Both the position numbers and the translations under genes were made by a program. A DNA stretch of 64,000 bases from Bordetella parapertussis (GTDB taxonomy: Bacteria; Pseudomonadota; Gammaproteobacteria; Burkholderiales; Casimicrobiaceae), in NCBI GenBank assembly GCA_943331295.2, contig CALQLA020000001.1, forward strand, positions 64,629-128,628, read 5' to 3'. The first letter of the stretch is position 1. Every line of letters starts with the position of its first letter. Positions 7,495 to 18,143 of the stretch are shown here, piece by piece. Below the pieces are notes generated by a model. That model was given only the letters and a program-made list of their open reading frames with translations, searched no databases and was not told the origin of the DNA.

Positions 7495-9597
7495 ATGGCG
7501 ACGCCACCCGCCGCGGCCCTCGACGAAGCGTTGCGCCTGCATCGCGCGGGCCGCCTGCGCGACGCGGCCCTGTGCTACCGCGCGATCCTCGCCGAGCATC
7601 CCGCCAATCCGGACGCGCTGCACTACGCCGGGGTGGTGATGTACCAGTCGGGCGACCCGTCCGGCGCCGTCGACCTCATCCGGCAATCGATCGCCGCCGA
7701 TCCGGGGCCGGCCGAGCCCTGGTCCAATCTCGCGCAGGCGCTCGAGGCGGTGAACCGCCCGGAGGCGGCGGTCAATGCGCTCAAGGAGGCGGCCCGCCGT
7801 GCGCCGCATGAGCCGGCGATCTGGAGCAACCTGGCGGCGGCGGAGCTGGCGCTGGGCCGGCACGCGGAGGCCGAGGCGTCCGCGCGCCGCGCGATCGCCG
7901 CCGATCCGAGATACGCGCATGGCTGGCACAACCTCGCATTGGTGCTGCAGCCGCAGGGACGGGTGCTCGAGGCGCTCGATGCCGTCAATCGCGCCGCGGC
8001 GCTCGCCCCGGACGAATTCGCCGTGGTCGGCTGCCGCGCGCAGTTGCAGGAAGACCTCGGCCAGTACCCGGCGGCGAAGAAGACGCTCGACGGCGCGCTG
8101 GCCCGCTGGCCGACGCTGGCGCCGCTGCACAGCCAGGCCGGCCACCTGGCCGAACGGATGGGCGACCTGCCTGCCGCCGTGAAGGCCTATGGCAACGCCG
8201 TCCGGCTCGCGGCGGACGACGGCGGGTCGCTGTCGCAGCTCCTGTTCCTGAAAAAGCGCCTGTGCGACTGGCTGGACCTCGCGCCGCTGCAGGCGCGGTT
8301 TCGCGCCGGCGTGGACGCCGGCATCGGCTGGCTCACGCCGTTTTCGCTGCTGAGCGACCCGTCCAGCCGCGCGCTGCAGCGCAGGTGCGCGACGCTGTGG
8401 AGCGCGCGGTTCACCCCGGCCGAAGCGCCGCCTGCGCCGCGAGCGTTCGCGAGCGGCAGCCGGCTGCGGGTCGGCTACGTGTCGGCCGACTTCTACGACC
8501 ATCCGACGGCGGTGCTGGTCGCCGGCCTGCTGGAGCAGCACGATCGCAGCCGGGTCGAGATCGTCGGTTATTCCACCGGTCCGGACGACGGCAGTGCGCT
8601 GCGCGCCCGGGTGGCGGCTGCGTGCGACCGGTTTGTCGACGCCGGCGGGTGGAGCCCGGAACAGCTCGCGCAGCGGATTCGCAGCGACGCCGTCGACATC
8701 CTCGTCGACCTCAAGGGCCACACCGAGGGCGCGCCGACGGCGGCGCTCGCGCTGCGACCGGCGGCCGTGCAGGTCCACTTCCTCGGCTATCCCGGCACGT
8801 CGGGCAGCCCCGCCATCGACTACCTGATCGGCGACGCGGACGTGACCCCGTTCGCCGACGCGGCCGACTACGCCGAGACGCTGGTCCAGCTGCCCGGCAG
8901 CTACCAGGTCAACGACCGCAGCCGCGCGCCCGCCGCGGCCCCCTCGCGCGCGGAACTTGGCCTGCCCGACGGCGCGGTGGTGCTGTGCTGCTTCAACGCC
9001 GCATGGAAGCTCAACCCCGACGTCGCCGATGCCTGGGCGGAGATTCTGCGCGCGCAGCCGGACGCGGTGCTGTGGCTCCTCGCGGGCGGCGACGACGATC
9101 CCGCCGCGGCCAACCTGCGGCGCGAATTCGCGGCCCGCGGCATCGACGGCGCCCGCCTGGTCTTCGCGACGCGCCGCCCGCAACCCGAATACCTCGCGCT
9201 CTACGCGCACGCCGACCTGTTCCTCGACACGTGGCCGTACAACGCCCACACGACGGCCAGCGACGCGCTGTGGATGGGTTGCCCGGTCGTGACCTGGCGC
9301 GGCGAGACGTTCGCCGGCCGTGTCGGCGCGAGCCTGCTGCGCGCCGTCGGCCTGCCGGAACTGGTCGCCCCGGACCGCGCCGGGTATGTCGCGCTGGCGA
9401 GCGGCCTTGCGGCGGACGCCGGGCGCCGGCAGGCCTGTCGGTCGCGATTGCTGGACGCCGGCCGGGCGAGCCCGCTGTTCGACGTCGCGAAGTCGGCGCG
9501 CGCACTCGAGGCTGCCTACGACGACATGGCCCGGCAGTACCGCGCGGGGACGCGCGCGCCGATCCGGATCGAGGACGCCGGCGACCGCAGCGCCTGA
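7495..9597 (+). CDS. TPR-repeat protein fused to a GT41 (O-GlcNAc transferase / SPINDLY-like) glycosyltransferase domain
   Basis: N-terminal TPRs (ALHYAGVVMYQSGDPSGAVDLIRQSIAADP...). C-terminal GT41-type motifs (VHFLGYPGTSG, FLDTWPYNAHTTASDALWMGCPVVTWRG). GGAG lies 6 nt before ATG 7495. Confidence 0.85.
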   Translation: MATPPAAALDEALRLHRAGRLRDAALCYRAILAEHPANPDALHYAGVVMYQSGDPSGAVDLIRQSIAADPGPAEPWSNLAQALEAVNRPEAAVNALKEAARRAPHEPAIWSNLAAAELALGRHAEAEASARRAIAADPRYAHGWHNLALVLQPQGRVLEALDAVNRAAALAPDEFAVVGCRAQLQEDLGQYPAAKKTLDGALARWPTLAPLHSQAGHLAERMGDLPAAVKAYGNAVRLAADDGGSLSQLLFLKKRLCDWLDLAPLQARFRAGVDAGIGWLTPFSLLSDPSSRALQRRCATLWSARFTPAEAPPAPRAFASGSRLRVGYVSADFYDHPTAVLVAGLLEQHDRSRVEIVGYSTGPDDGSALRARVAAACDRFVDAGGWSPEQLAQRIRSDAVDILVDLKGHTEGAPTAALALRPAAVQVHFLGYPGTSGSPAIDYLIGDADVTPFADAADYAETLVQLPGSYQVNDRSRAPAAAPSRAELGLPDGAVVLCCFNAAWKLNPDVADAWAEILRAQPDAVLWLLAGGDDDPAAANLRREFAARGIDGARLVFATRRPQPEYLALYAHADLFLDTWPYNAHTTASDALWMGCPVVTWRGETFAGRVGASLLRAVGLPELVAPDRAGYVALASGLAADAGRRQACRSRLLDAGRASPLFDVAKSARALEAAYDDMARQYRAGTRAPIRIEDAGDRSA

Positions 9598-9675
9598 CGT
9601 CGCCTCGCCGCCCGCCGCAACCTCCCACGGCACGGGACGCTGTCGATCCCGCCTGCCATGTCGATCCGGCAGGGT

Positions 9676-11031
9676 TCAGTCGCGCAGGAAGGCGACCGCC
9701 TCGTCGACCCGGCCGACACCGATAATCTTAACTCCGTCAATGGCTTGCTTTGGCTTGTTCGCGTTGGGTATGAGGAAATTCCGGAAGCCCAGCTTGGCCG
9801 CTTCCTTGATCCGCTCCTGCCCTCGCTGCACCGGCCGGATCTCGCCGGCCAGCCCGACTTCGCCGAACACCAGCGTCTTGGGCGGCAGCGGCAGGTTGCG
9901 CAGCGACGATTGCACGGCGAGCAGGATCGCGAGGTCGGCGGCCGGCTCGTTGATCCTGACGCCACCCACCGCGTTGACGAAGACGTCGTAGCCGGCCGTC
10001 TGCACGCCGCCGTGCCGGTGCAGCACGGCGAGCAGCAGCGCGAGCCGCTGCGGGTCGAGGCCGACCGACAGCCGCTTCGGCATCGCGCCCTGCACCGGGT
10101 CCACCAGCGCCTGGATCTCGACCAGCAGCGGCCGGGTGCCCTCCAGCGTGGCGACGATCGCGGAGCCAGGCACCGACTCCGCGTGCTGCGACAGGAACAG
10201 CGCCGACGGGTTGGTGACGCCCTTCAGGCCCTTCTCGGTCATCGCGAACACGCCGAGCTCGTTGGCGGCACCGAACCGGTTCTTGATCGCCCGGACGAGG
10301 CGGAAGCTGGAGTGCGTATCGCCCTCGAAGTAGAGCACCGTGTCGACGATGTGTTCCAGCACGCGCGGGCCGGCGATCGCGCCGTCCTTCGTCACGTGGC
10401 CGACGAGGATCACGACGACGCCCTGCTCCTTCGCCATCCGCGTCAGCTGCGCCGCGCATTCGCGCACCTGGGCGACACTCCCGGGCGCGGAGGTCAGCGC
10501 CTCGGTGTATGCGGTCTGGATCGAGTCGACGACGACCACTTCGGGCGCTTCGGCGCCGACGGTCGCGAGGATCGCCTCGAGCTGCACTTCGGCCAGGATC
10601 GACACCGGCGCGTTGATGAGTCCCAGTCGCTGGGCGCGCAGCGCCACCTGCTCGACCGATTCCTCGCCGGTGACGTAGAGCGCCTTCCTCGCGGCGCCGA
10701 TCGCGGCCATCGCCTGCAGCAGCAGCGTCGACTTGCCGATGCCCGGATCGCCGCCCAGGAGGATTACCCCGCCCGGGACGAGCCCGCCGCCGAGCACGCG
10801 GTCGAACTCCTCGACCCCGGTCGGGAAGCGCGGGCTCGCGCGGGGATCGATCGATCCCAGCGTGCGCACCGGCGACGACTTGCCGGCCACGCTGCGAAAG
10901 CGCGTCGCCGGCGGCGCCGCCACCGTTTCGACCAGCGTGTTCCAGACGCCGCACTGCGGGCACTGGCCCTGCCACTTGGGGCTCATGCCCCCGCATTCAG
11001 TGCAGCTGTAGACCGTCTTCGCCTTGGCCAT
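9676..11031 (-). CDS. radA: DNA repair protein RadA/Sms
   Basis: N-terminal zinc ribbon (YSCTECGGMSPKWQGQCPQCGVWNT). Walker A (GGDPGIGKSTLLLQ). KNRFG motif. Lon-like C-terminal domain. Confidence 0.95.
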   Translation of the reverse strand: MAKAKTVYSCTECGGMSPKWQGQCPQCGVWNTLVETVAAPPATRFRSVAGKSSPVRTLGSIDPRASPRFPTGVEEFDRVLGGGLVPGGVILLGGDPGIGKSTLLLQAMAAIGAARKALYVTGEESVEQVALRAQRLGLINAPVSILAEVQLEAILATVGAEAPEVVVVDSIQTAYTEALTSAPGSVAQVRECAAQLTRMAKEQGVVVILVGHVTKDGAIAGPRVLEHIVDTVLYFEGDTHSSFRLVRAIKNRFGAANELGVFAMTEKGLKGVTNPSALFLSQHAESVPGSAIVATLEGTRPLLVEIQALVDPVQGAMPKRLSVGLDPQRLALLLAVLHRHGGVQTAGYDVFVNAVGGVRINEPAADLAILLAVQSSLRNLPLPPKTLVFGEVGLAGEIRPVQRGQERIKEAAKLGFRNFLIPNANKPKQAIDGVKIIGVGRVDEAVAFLRD

Positions 11032-11101
11032 GTCAGCGCCCGCCCGGTCGACCGCAGGACGCTGGCCTGCCTCGCCTGGATTCCGAAGGCCGCGAAATCG
11101 T

Positions 11102-11136
11102 CGCCCGGGTTTCGCTCACGCTCAACCCGGGCTGCG
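11102..11136. repeat. REP-like hairpin unit (single copy of the repeat also found at 38.7 kb)
   Basis: cgCCCGGGTTtcgctcacgctcAACCCGGGctgcg is an internal 8-bp stem. It matches the right arm at 38740-38773 at most positions. Intergenic between radA and hldA. Confidence 0.5.
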
Positions 11137-11162
11137 CGGGACGCGGGCGGCTGCGCCCGCCG

Positions 11163-12119
11163 TCATGCCAGCTCTTCCGGCGTGACGACGGCGGTGCCGA
11201 GCTTGCCGACAACGACGCTGGCAGCCTCGTTGGCGATGCGCGTGGCCACCGCCAGCGGCGCGCCGGCGCCGATCAGCACGCCCATCGTCGCGATGACGGT
11301 GTCGCCGGCGCCGGACACGTCGTAGACCTCGCGCGCATGCGCCGGAAAATGCTGCGCCGCGCCGGGGGTGTACAGCGACATCCCCTCCTCGGACCGCGTG
11401 ACCAGCAGCGCGTCGATCCGCAGCCTGGCCCGCAACGCCTCGGCCTTCGCCGTCATCCCGGCTTCGTCCGCCCAGCGGCCGGCGACCTGCCGGAATTCGC
11501 CGCGGTTGGGCGTGATCAGCGTGGCGCCGGCGTAGCGTGCCCAGTCGTCGCCCTTGGGATCGACCAGCACCGGCTTGCCCGCCGCGCGCGCGGCCTCGAT
11601 CATCGTCGCGATGTGCGCGAGGCTGCCCTTGCCGTAGTCGGACAGGATCACGACGTCGCAGCCGGGGAGCAGCCGGTCGAAGTCGGCGAGCTTGGTCGCC
11701 AGCACCTCGACCGACGGCGCGGTCTCGAAATCGATGCGCAGCAGCTGCTGCTGGCGGCTGATCACGCGCAGCTTGACCGTCGTCGGCAGCGTCCGGTCGC
11801 GGTGGAACGATGTCGCGATGCCATCGGCCTCGAGCAGCCGCTCCAGCGTGGTGCCGGCCTCGTCGTCGCCCGTCACCGAAAGGAGCGTGACCGGCGCGCC
11901 CAGCGCCGCGGCGTTGCGGGCCACGTTCGCGGCCCCGCCCGGCCGCTCGTCGGTGCGCAGCACCCGCACCACGGGCACCGGCGCCTCGGGCGAGATCCGG
12001 TCGACGTCGCCGAACCAGTAGCGGTCGAGCATCACGTCGCCCACGACCAGGAGCCGGGTACGGGCGACCTGCGCGCGAAAATCGGCGAAGCGCGGCGATG
12101 GGGAGGAAGGCGGGGTCAT
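11163..12119 (-). CDS. hldA: D-glycero-beta-D-manno-heptose-7-phosphate kinase (RfaE domain I, PfkB family)
   Basis: N-terminus VVGDVMLDRYWFGDVDRISPEAPVPVV is typical of RfaE/HldA kinases. PfkB C-terminal motif DVSGAGDTV. Confidence 0.85.
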   Translation of the reverse strand: MTPPSSPSPRFADFRAQVARTRLLVVGDVMLDRYWFGDVDRISPEAPVPVVRVLRTDERPGGAANVARNAAALGAPVTLLSVTGDDEAGTTLERLLEADGIATSFHRDRTLPTTVKLRVISRQQQLLRIDFETAPSVEVLATKLADFDRLLPGCDVVILSDYGKGSLAHIATMIEAARAAGKPVLVDPKGDDWARYAGATLITPNRGEFRQVAGRWADEAGMTAKAEALRARLRIDALLVTRSEEGMSLYTPGAAQHFPAHAREVYDVSGAGDTVIATMGVLIGAGAPLAVATRIANEAASVVVGKLGTAVVTPEELA

Positions 12120-12140
12120 GGCGGGCAGCCGGGCCGGCGG

Positions 12141-13463
12141 CTAGCGGCGGCCGATGCCGAAGTACTCGAGGCCCGCCGCGCGAACCTGCGCCGGATCGTA
12201 GAGGTTGCGGCCGTCGAAGACCAGCGGCGACTTCAGCTGGGCGCGGATCGCGTCGAAATCGGGGCTGCGAAACTCCTTCCACTCGGTCACGACCACCAGG
12301 GCGTCGGCCCCCGCGAGCGCGGCCATCGGCGAACTCGCGTAGGCGACGTGCGGCGCCGCGCCGAAGACGCGCTTCGCCTCGGTCATCGCGACGGGATCGT
12401 AGGCCACGACGCGCGCGCCGCGCGCGGCAAGCGCGGCGACGATCTCGAGGGCCGGCGCCTCGCGCATGTCGTCGGTGTTCGGCTTGAACGCCAGCCCCCA
12501 CAGCGCGAACGTGCGGCCGGCGAGATTCTCGCCCATGCGGGCGACGATCTTCTCGACCAGCCGCAGCTTCTGCGCCTCGTTGACGGCCTCGACCGCGTCG
12601 AGGATGCGCAGCGGCCGGCCGAGCTCGGTCGCCGTGTGCTGCAGCGCCTTGACGTCCTTGGGGAAGCAGGAGCCGCCGTAGCCGACGCCGGGGTACAGGA
12701 AGTAGTAGCCGATGCGGGAATCGGAGCCGATGCCCTGCCGCACGTGCTCGATGTCGGCGCCGAGGCCGTCGGCCAGGTTGGCGAGCTCGTTCATGAACGA
12801 GATCCGCGTCGCGAGCATCGCGTTGGCGGCGTACTTGGTGAGCTCGGCCGAGCGGACGTCCATCACCAGCAGCCGCTCGTGGTTGCGTTGGAACGGCGCG
12901 TACACGGCGCGCATCGCGGTGATCGCGCGCTCGTCGCTGGCGCCGATCACGACGCGGTCGGGGCGCATGAAGTCCTCGACGGCGGCGCCTTCCTTCAGGA
13001 CCTCCGGGTTGGACACGACGGCGAACCCCAGGTCCGAGCCACGCGCGGCGAGCTCCGCGGCGATCGTCTCCCGCACCCGGTCGGCCGTGCCCACGGGCAC
13101 CGTGGACTTGTCGACGACGATCTTGTACTCGGTCATGCGGGAGCCGATGTTGCGCGCCGCCGCGAGCACGTACTGCATGTCCGCGGACCCATCCTCGTCG
13201 GGCGGCGTGCCGACGGCGATGAACTGCAGCGTGCCGTGGGCGACCGCGGCGTCGATGTCGGTGGTGAAGCGCAGCCGGCCGGCGGCGACGTTGCGCCGGA
13301 TCATCGCCTCGAGGCCGGGCTCGTGGATCGGGACGCCGCCCGCGTTGAGGATGTCGATCTTGCGCGCGTCGACGTCGAGGCAGAGGACGTCGTTGCCGAC
13401 TTCGGCGAAACAGGCGCCGGTCACGAGACCGACGTAGCCGGTCCCGATCATCGTGATTCTCAC
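12141..13463 (-). CDS. ugd: UDP-glucose 6-dehydrogenase
   Basis: GTG start at 13463 overlaps the pyrF stop (GTGA). Motifs [25 protein letters not shown] and [13 protein letters not shown]. Confidence 0.9.
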   Translation of the reverse strand: MRITMIGTGYVGLVTGACFAEVGNDVLCLDVDARKIDILNAGGVPIHEPGLEAMIRRNVAAGRLRFTTDIDAAVAHGTLQFIAVGTPPDEDGSADMQYVLAAARNIGSRMTEYKIVVDKSTVPVGTADRVRETIAAELAARGSDLGFAVVSNPEVLKEGAAVEDFMRPDRVVIGASDERAITAMRAVYAPFQRNHERLLVMDVRSAELTKYAANAMLATRISFMNELANLADGLGADIEHVRQGIGSDSRIGYYFLYPGVGYGGSCFPKDVKALQHTATELGRPLRILDAVEAVNEAQKLRLVEKIVARMGENLAGRTFALWGLAFKPNTDDMREAPALEIVAALAARGARVVAYDPVAMTEAKRVFGAAPHVAYASSPMAALAGADALVVVTEWKEFRSPDFDAIRAQLKSPLVFDGRNLYDPAQVRAAGLEYFGIGRR

Positions 13464-14227
13464 GTGCGTGCTCCAAGGGATGCGTTGATCGCCGACAGCG
13501 CGGCGAGCGGATCGGCGGCCTGCGTGATCGGACGGCCTATCACCAGGTAGTCGGCGCCGTTGGCGACGGCAGCCTCGGGCGTGATGATCCGCGTCTGGTC
13601 GTCCTTGCCGCTGCCGGCCGGCCGGATGCCCGGCGTGACCAGCTTGAAGGCCGCCGGCAGCGCCGCGCGCAGCGCCGGCGCCTCGACCGCCGAGCAGACC
13701 ACGCCATCCAGCCCTGCCTCGGCCGTGAGCCGGGCGAGGCGCAGCGCCTGGTCGGCGGCGGGAACGTGGATGCCGGTCGCGGGCAGGTCGGCGTCCGCAA
13801 GGCTCGTGAGGACGGTGACGGCGATCAGCAGCGGGCACGGGGCGTCGCGCTCCAGCGCCGCGGCGACCACGGCGTCGCGGGCGGCTTCCATCATCGCGCG
13901 CCCGCCGGCGGCGTGGACGTTGAGCATCCAGACACCCAGGCGGGTCGCCGCGGCGCAGGCCTGGGCGACGGTATTGGGAATGTCGTGGAACTTGAGGTCG
14001 AGGAAGACCCGGAAGCCGCGCGCAATCATCCAGCGTACCGGCTCCGGCCCGGCGACGACGAACATCTCCTTGCCCACCTTGAGCGCGCACGAGGCGGGAT
14101 CGAGGCGGTCCGCCAGCGCCAGCGCGTGCATCGGGTTGGCGAAATCGAGGGCGACGATGATGCGGGGATCGGGAGGATTCACGGTGAGGGCTCGGGCGCG
14201 TTCGGCGCGGTCTTGAGGGTCAGGCAT
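13460..14227 (-). CDS. pyrF: orotidine 5'-phosphate decarboxylase
   Basis: Motifs [19 protein letters not shown] and C-terminal [10 protein letters not shown]. Confidence 0.9.
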   Translation of the reverse strand: MPDPQDRAERARALTVNPPDPRIIVALDFANPMHALALADRLDPASCALKVGKEMFVVAGPEPVRWMIARGFRVFLDLKFHDIPNTVAQACAAATRLGVWMLNVHAAGGRAMMEAARDAVVAAALERDAPCPLLIAVTVLTSLADADLPATGIHVPAADQALRLARLTAEAGLDGVVCSAVEAPALRAALPAAFKLVTPGIRPAGSGKDDQTRIITPEAAVANGADYLVIGRPITQAADPLAALSAINASLGART

Positions 14228-15398
14228 ACCCGTCGGGCGTCTCCGTCCGCCGGGGCGAATAGGTTTCCCACTTGCCGCAGCCCGGGCAACGCCAGTAGTA
14301 CTGCTTGGCCCGGAATCCGCAGTGGTCGCACTTGTACATGCCGAGCCGCTTGATGTGCTGGCCGACCAGCTGCTTGACGAGCTCGAGGTCGTGCCGGCGC
14401 TCGGCGGGCGCCGCCAGCAGCTGCGCCTCCAGCAGGCGGTCGAGGCCGAGCAGCGTGGGATTCCGTGCCAGCTCTTCCTTGATCAGCGTCCCCGCCGCCG
14501 CCGGGCCGTCCTGGGCCAGCGTCAGCGCGAAGACCGTGTTGAGCAGGTCGAGCGACGGGTACTGGGCCTGGTAGGACTTCAGCACGCGCAGCCCCTGCGC
14601 CGCGTGGCCCGTCTTGCGGTAGGCGTCGGCGAGGCGCTCGGCCACCAGCGACAGGAAGGCCGGGTTCTGCGTCTCGACGCGCTGCCAGGCCGCGATCGCG
14701 TCCTCCGTCCGGCCCCGTTGCGCCTCGAGGTCGCCCAGGATCATCGTCGCCCGCGCGCAGGCCTTGTACTCGGCCAGCGCCTGCTCGACGTAGCCCTGCG
14801 CGGCGTCGAACTCGCCCTTCAGCAGCGCGGCCTGCGCCAGCTCGCAGTCATAGTGGGCGATTTCCTTGAAGTACGGCTGCTTGGCAATGGCCTCCATCCG
14901 CCGCGTCACCGCGATCGCCTTGGGCCAGTCCTTCTCCTGCTCGTAGATCGACAGCAGGAACCCGAGCGACGGGTGCTCGAACGGCGAGCCTCCGAGCCGG
15001 GCGAACATCTCCTCTGCCCGGTCGAGCAGGCCGGCGCGGTGAAAATCCTGCGCGAGCTCGAACGTCGCCGCCTGGCGCTTGTCGGCGGCAAGGTCGGAGC
15101 GATCGAGCAGGTTCTGGTGCATCCGGATCGCGCGGTCGATCTCGCCCTGCCGGCGGAACAGGCTGCCCAGCGCGAAGTGCAGGTCGATCGTCTGCGGGTC
15201 GACCTTGACCACTTCGATGAACGACTCGATCGCCTTGTCGGGTTGCTCGTTCAGCAGGAAATTGAGGCCGCGGAAGTAGGACAGCGGCAGCGCGCGCGAC
15301 TCGCGCAGCAGGTGCTTGATGTCGATGCGCGCGGCGATCCACCCCAGGGCGAAGAACACCGCCGGAATCGGGAGCAGCCACCAGAGATCGAAATCCAC
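14220..15398 (-). CDS. lapB: lipopolysaccharide assembly protein LapB (YciM): TPR repeats plus C-terminal rubredoxin-like zinc finger
   Basis: GTG start at 15398 ([16 protein letters not shown], an N-terminal TM helix). TPR repeats. C-terminal [23 protein letters not shown]. Confidence 0.85.
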   Translation of the reverse strand: MDFDLWWLLPIPAVFFALGWIAARIDIKHLLRESRALPLSYFRGLNFLLNEQPDKAIESFIEVVKVDPQTIDLHFALGSLFRRQGEIDRAIRMHQNLLDRSDLAADKRQAATFELAQDFHRAGLLDRAEEMFARLGGSPFEHPSLGFLLSIYEQEKDWPKAIAVTRRMEAIAKQPYFKEIAHYDCELAQAALLKGEFDAAQGYVEQALAEYKACARATMILGDLEAQRGRTEDAIAAWQRVETQNPAFLSLVAERLADAYRKTGHAAQGLRVLKSYQAQYPSLDLLNTVFALTLAQDGPAAAGTLIKEELARNPTLLGLDRLLEAQLLAAPAERRHDLELVKQLVGQHIKRLGMYKCDHCGFRAKQYYWRCPGCGKWETYSPRRTETPDGYA

Positions 15399-15456
15399 GT
15401 GCGGAAGCGCGCCTAGGGTTGCGGTCGCGCGGCGTCCGCGCGAGCTTGCGCCGGCG

Positions 15457-15756
15457 TCACCGCGCCGGCCGGTCGTCCGCCGGCACGGCACCGTGCGGGC
15501 CGGGCTCCGGAATCCGCTCCGGCCGCTCGCGGCGCAGCCGGGAGAGCTGCCGCTTGAGTCGCGCCGTGCGCACGACGCCGGCCAGCAGGCCGGCGGCGAC
15601 ACCCGCGGCGAACGCGATCAGCACCACGAAGATCAGCGGCGCCTGCACGTTCCACCAGTTGAAATACTTGAAGGTCACCGCCTCGTTGTTCTGCAGCGCG
15701 ACCGACAGCAGGAAGAAGAACAGCACGGCACCGACGATCCAGCGCACGGTTTTCAT
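15457..15756 (-). CDS. lapA: lipopolysaccharide assembly protein LapA (YciS/DUF1049) small membrane protein
   Basis: 99 aa with two TM helices, directly upstream of lapB as in the conserved ihfB-lapA-lapB arrangement. Confidence 0.7.
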   Translation of the reverse strand: MKTVRWIVGAVLFFFLLSVALQNNEAVTFKYFNWWNVQAPLIFVVLIAFAAGVAAGLLAGVVRTARLKRQLSRLRRERPERIPEPGPHGAVPADDRPAR

Positions 15757-15864
15757 CGATGGCTCCGGAAAAAGGAACGGGCGGCGTCACCGCGACGCGC
15801 GACGGATCGTCGCGATCGCGGCGGATGCCGCCCGCACCGGGGTCAAGCCTTGGCCCCGCGGTAT

Positions 15865-16152
15865 TCATGCCTTCTTGAAATCGACGCGTTCCCGCAACTC
15901 CTTGCCCGCCTTGAAGTGCGGCACGTGTTTCTGCGGCACCTGCACCTTCTCGCCGGATTTCGGGTTGCGCCCGGTACGCGGCGGCCGGTAATTGAGGCCA
16001 AAGCTGCCGAACCCGCGGATCTCGATGCGCTCGCCCTTGGCCAGGCTTTCGGCCATGGCGTCGAGCACCATCTTCACCGCGAGTTCGGCATCCTTGGCGA
16101 CCAGCTGCGGAAACTGCGCCGCCAGGCGGTCGATCAGCTCCGATTTGGTCAT
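15865..16152 (-). CDS. ihfB: integration host factor beta subunit
   Basis: [11 protein letters not shown]...[45 protein letters not shown] is a classical HU/IHF fold sequence. Confidence 0.9.
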   Translation of the reverse strand: MTKSELIDRLAAQFPQLVAKDAELAVKMVLDAMAESLAKGERIEIRGFGSFGLNYRPPRTGRNPKSGEKVQVPQKHVPHFKAGKELRERVDFKKA

Positions 16153-16164
16153 CATGCGGCCCGC

Positions 16165-17886
16165 TTACTCGCTGCTCTTGTTGTCCATCTTGGCGCGAAG
16201 CAGCGCACCGAGGTTGGTCGTGCCCGTCGTGGTGCCGGCCGTGTCCGCCTTGATCGCCTGCATCGCCTCGCTTTCCTCGGCGTGGTCCTTGGCCTTGATC
16301 GAGAGGTTGATCGAACGGTTCTTGCGGTCGATGTTGATGATCATCGCATTCACCGAATCGCCTTCCTTCAGGTGCGTGCGGATGTCCTCGACGCGGTCCC
16401 GCGCCACTTCGGAGGCGCGCAGGTAGCCCTCGACCTCGCCGTCGAGCGCGATGACCGCGCCCTTGGCGTCCAGCGACTTCACGGTGCCGGTGACGAGGTT
16501 GCCCTTGTCGTGCATCGCGACGTAGTTGGTGAACGGGTCGCCGTCGAGCTGCTTGATGCCGAGCGAGATGCGCTCGCGCTCGACGTCGATCGCCAGCACC
16601 ACGGCCTCGACTTCCTGGCCCTTCTTGTAGTCGCGCACCGCGGCTTCGCCGGCGAGCGTCCACGACAGGTCGGACAGGTGCACGAGGCCGTCGATGCCGC
16701 CGGGCAGGCCGACGAACACGCCGAAGTCGGTGATCGACTTGATCTGGCCGCCAACCTTGTCGCCCTTCTTGTGGTTCATCGCGAAGTCGTCCCACGGGTT
16801 CGACATGCACTGCTTCATGCCGAGCGAGATGCGGCGGCGCTCCTCGTCGATCTCGAGGATCATCACCTCGACTTCATCGCCCAGCTGGACGACCTTGGTC
16901 GGGTGGATGTTCTTGTTGGTCCAGTCCATTTCAGACACGTGCACCAGGCCCTCGATGCCGGCCTCGATCTCCACGAACGCGCCGTAGTCGGTGATGTTGG
17001 TGACCTTGCCGAACAGGCGCGTGGACGTCGGGTAGCGGCGCGACAGGCCCACCCACGGATCTTCGCCCAGCTGCTTCATGCCGAGCGAGACGCGGTTCTT
17101 TTCCTGGTCGAACTTGAGGATCTTGGCGGTGACTTCGTCGCCGACCGCGAGCACTTCCGACGGGTGCTTGACCCGGCGCCAGGCGAGGTCGGTGATGTGC
17201 AGCAGGCCGTCGATGCCGCCCAGATCCACGAACGCGCCGTAGTCGGTGATGTTCTTGACGATGCCCTTGACGATCGCGCCTTCCTGCAGCGTCGACAGGA
17301 GCTTCTCGCGCTCTTCGCCCAGGCTCGCTTCGAGCACGGCGCGGCGCGACACGACCACGTTGTTGCGCTTGCGGTCGAGCTTGATGACCTTGAATTCGAG
17401 GGGCTTGCCTTCGTACGGCGTGGTGTCCTTGACCGGACGGATGTCGACCAGCGAGCCGGGCAGGAACGCGCGGATGCCGTTGACCATCACGGTGAGGCCG
17501 CCCTTGACCTTGCCGGTCACGAGGCCGGAGACGATGACGCCCTGCTCCATCGCCGCTTCGAGGTCGTGCCAGGCCTTGAGGCGCTTGGCCTTGTCGCGCG
17601 AGAGCTTGGTCTCGCCGTAGCCGTCTTCCAGGCTTTCGATGGCGACGGTGACGAAGTCGCCGGGCTTGACTTCGAGCTCGCCCTTGTCGTTCTTGAACTC
17701 TTCGATCGGGATGAAGCTTTCGGACTTGAGGCCCGCGTTCACGACGACGATGTTGTAGTCGACGCGGACGACTTCGGCGGTGATGAGCTCGCCCTGCCGC
17801 ATCTCCTGCCGGCTGAGGCTTTCCTCGAACAGCGCGGCGAAGCTATCCATCGGGGCTGCGGTGGCGATCTGGGTGGCGTTAGCCAT
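16165..17886 (-). CDS. rpsA: 30S ribosomal protein S1
   Basis: Six S1 repeats (for example [26 protein letters not shown]). 573 aa. Confidence 0.97.
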   Translation of the reverse strand: MANATQIATAAPMDSFAALFEESLSRQEMRQGELITAEVVRVDYNIVVVNAGLKSESFIPIEEFKNDKGELEVKPGDFVTVAIESLEDGYGETKLSRDKAKRLKAWHDLEAAMEQGVIVSGLVTGKVKGGLTVMVNGIRAFLPGSLVDIRPVKDTTPYEGKPLEFKVIKLDRKRNNVVVSRRAVLEASLGEEREKLLSTLQEGAIVKGIVKNITDYGAFVDLGGIDGLLHITDLAWRRVKHPSEVLAVGDEVTAKILKFDQEKNRVSLGMKQLGEDPWVGLSRRYPTSTRLFGKVTNITDYGAFVEIEAGIEGLVHVSEMDWTNKNIHPTKVVQLGDEVEVMILEIDEERRRISLGMKQCMSNPWDDFAMNHKKGDKVGGQIKSITDFGVFVGLPGGIDGLVHLSDLSWTLAGEAAVRDYKKGQEVEAVVLAIDVERERISLGIKQLDGDPFTNYVAMHDKGNLVTGTVKSLDAKGAVIALDGEVEGYLRASEVARDRVEDIRTHLKEGDSVNAMIINIDRKNRSINLSIKAKDHAEESEAMQAIKADTAGTTTGTTNLGALLRAKMDNKSSE

Positions 17887-18143
17887 GGTGGGTTGGATCC
17901 TTCTGTCAAAAAAGAGCCGCCGGGAACGAGAACCCTATTTCTCGCGCGACGGGCTGATGGGGGATATCCGCGGGTTGCACCGGCTAAAGCGCTTCCCGCG
18001 GGACCTTGCACGCGCGCCGGCCGCGTTGCCGCGGACGACCTGCGTTCCCTGCCTGAAACACGAAACAACTGCGCGCGTCGCCTGCAGCTACCCTTTGCTG
18101 CGGGGTATCGGCCGGTGCGTGCCAAATCGAAAACGGGGGACAA

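Noticed and set aside
7417-9633. 738-aa ORF antisense to the TPR/GT41 gene. Similar long antisense or out-of-frame ORFs occur at 15316..18180, 11122..13476, 40282..41568, 62574..63770 and elsewhere.
   Set aside because: They have no recognisable domains and an extreme Arg/Gly/Pro composition. Each overlaps a gene with clear family motifs on the other strand or frame.
9651-9673. Short inverted repeat CCTGCCatgtcgatccGGCAGG between the convergent GT41 gene and radA, considered as a terminator.
   Set aside because: The stem is only 6 bp and there is no flanking T-run. This is too weak to call as a feature.
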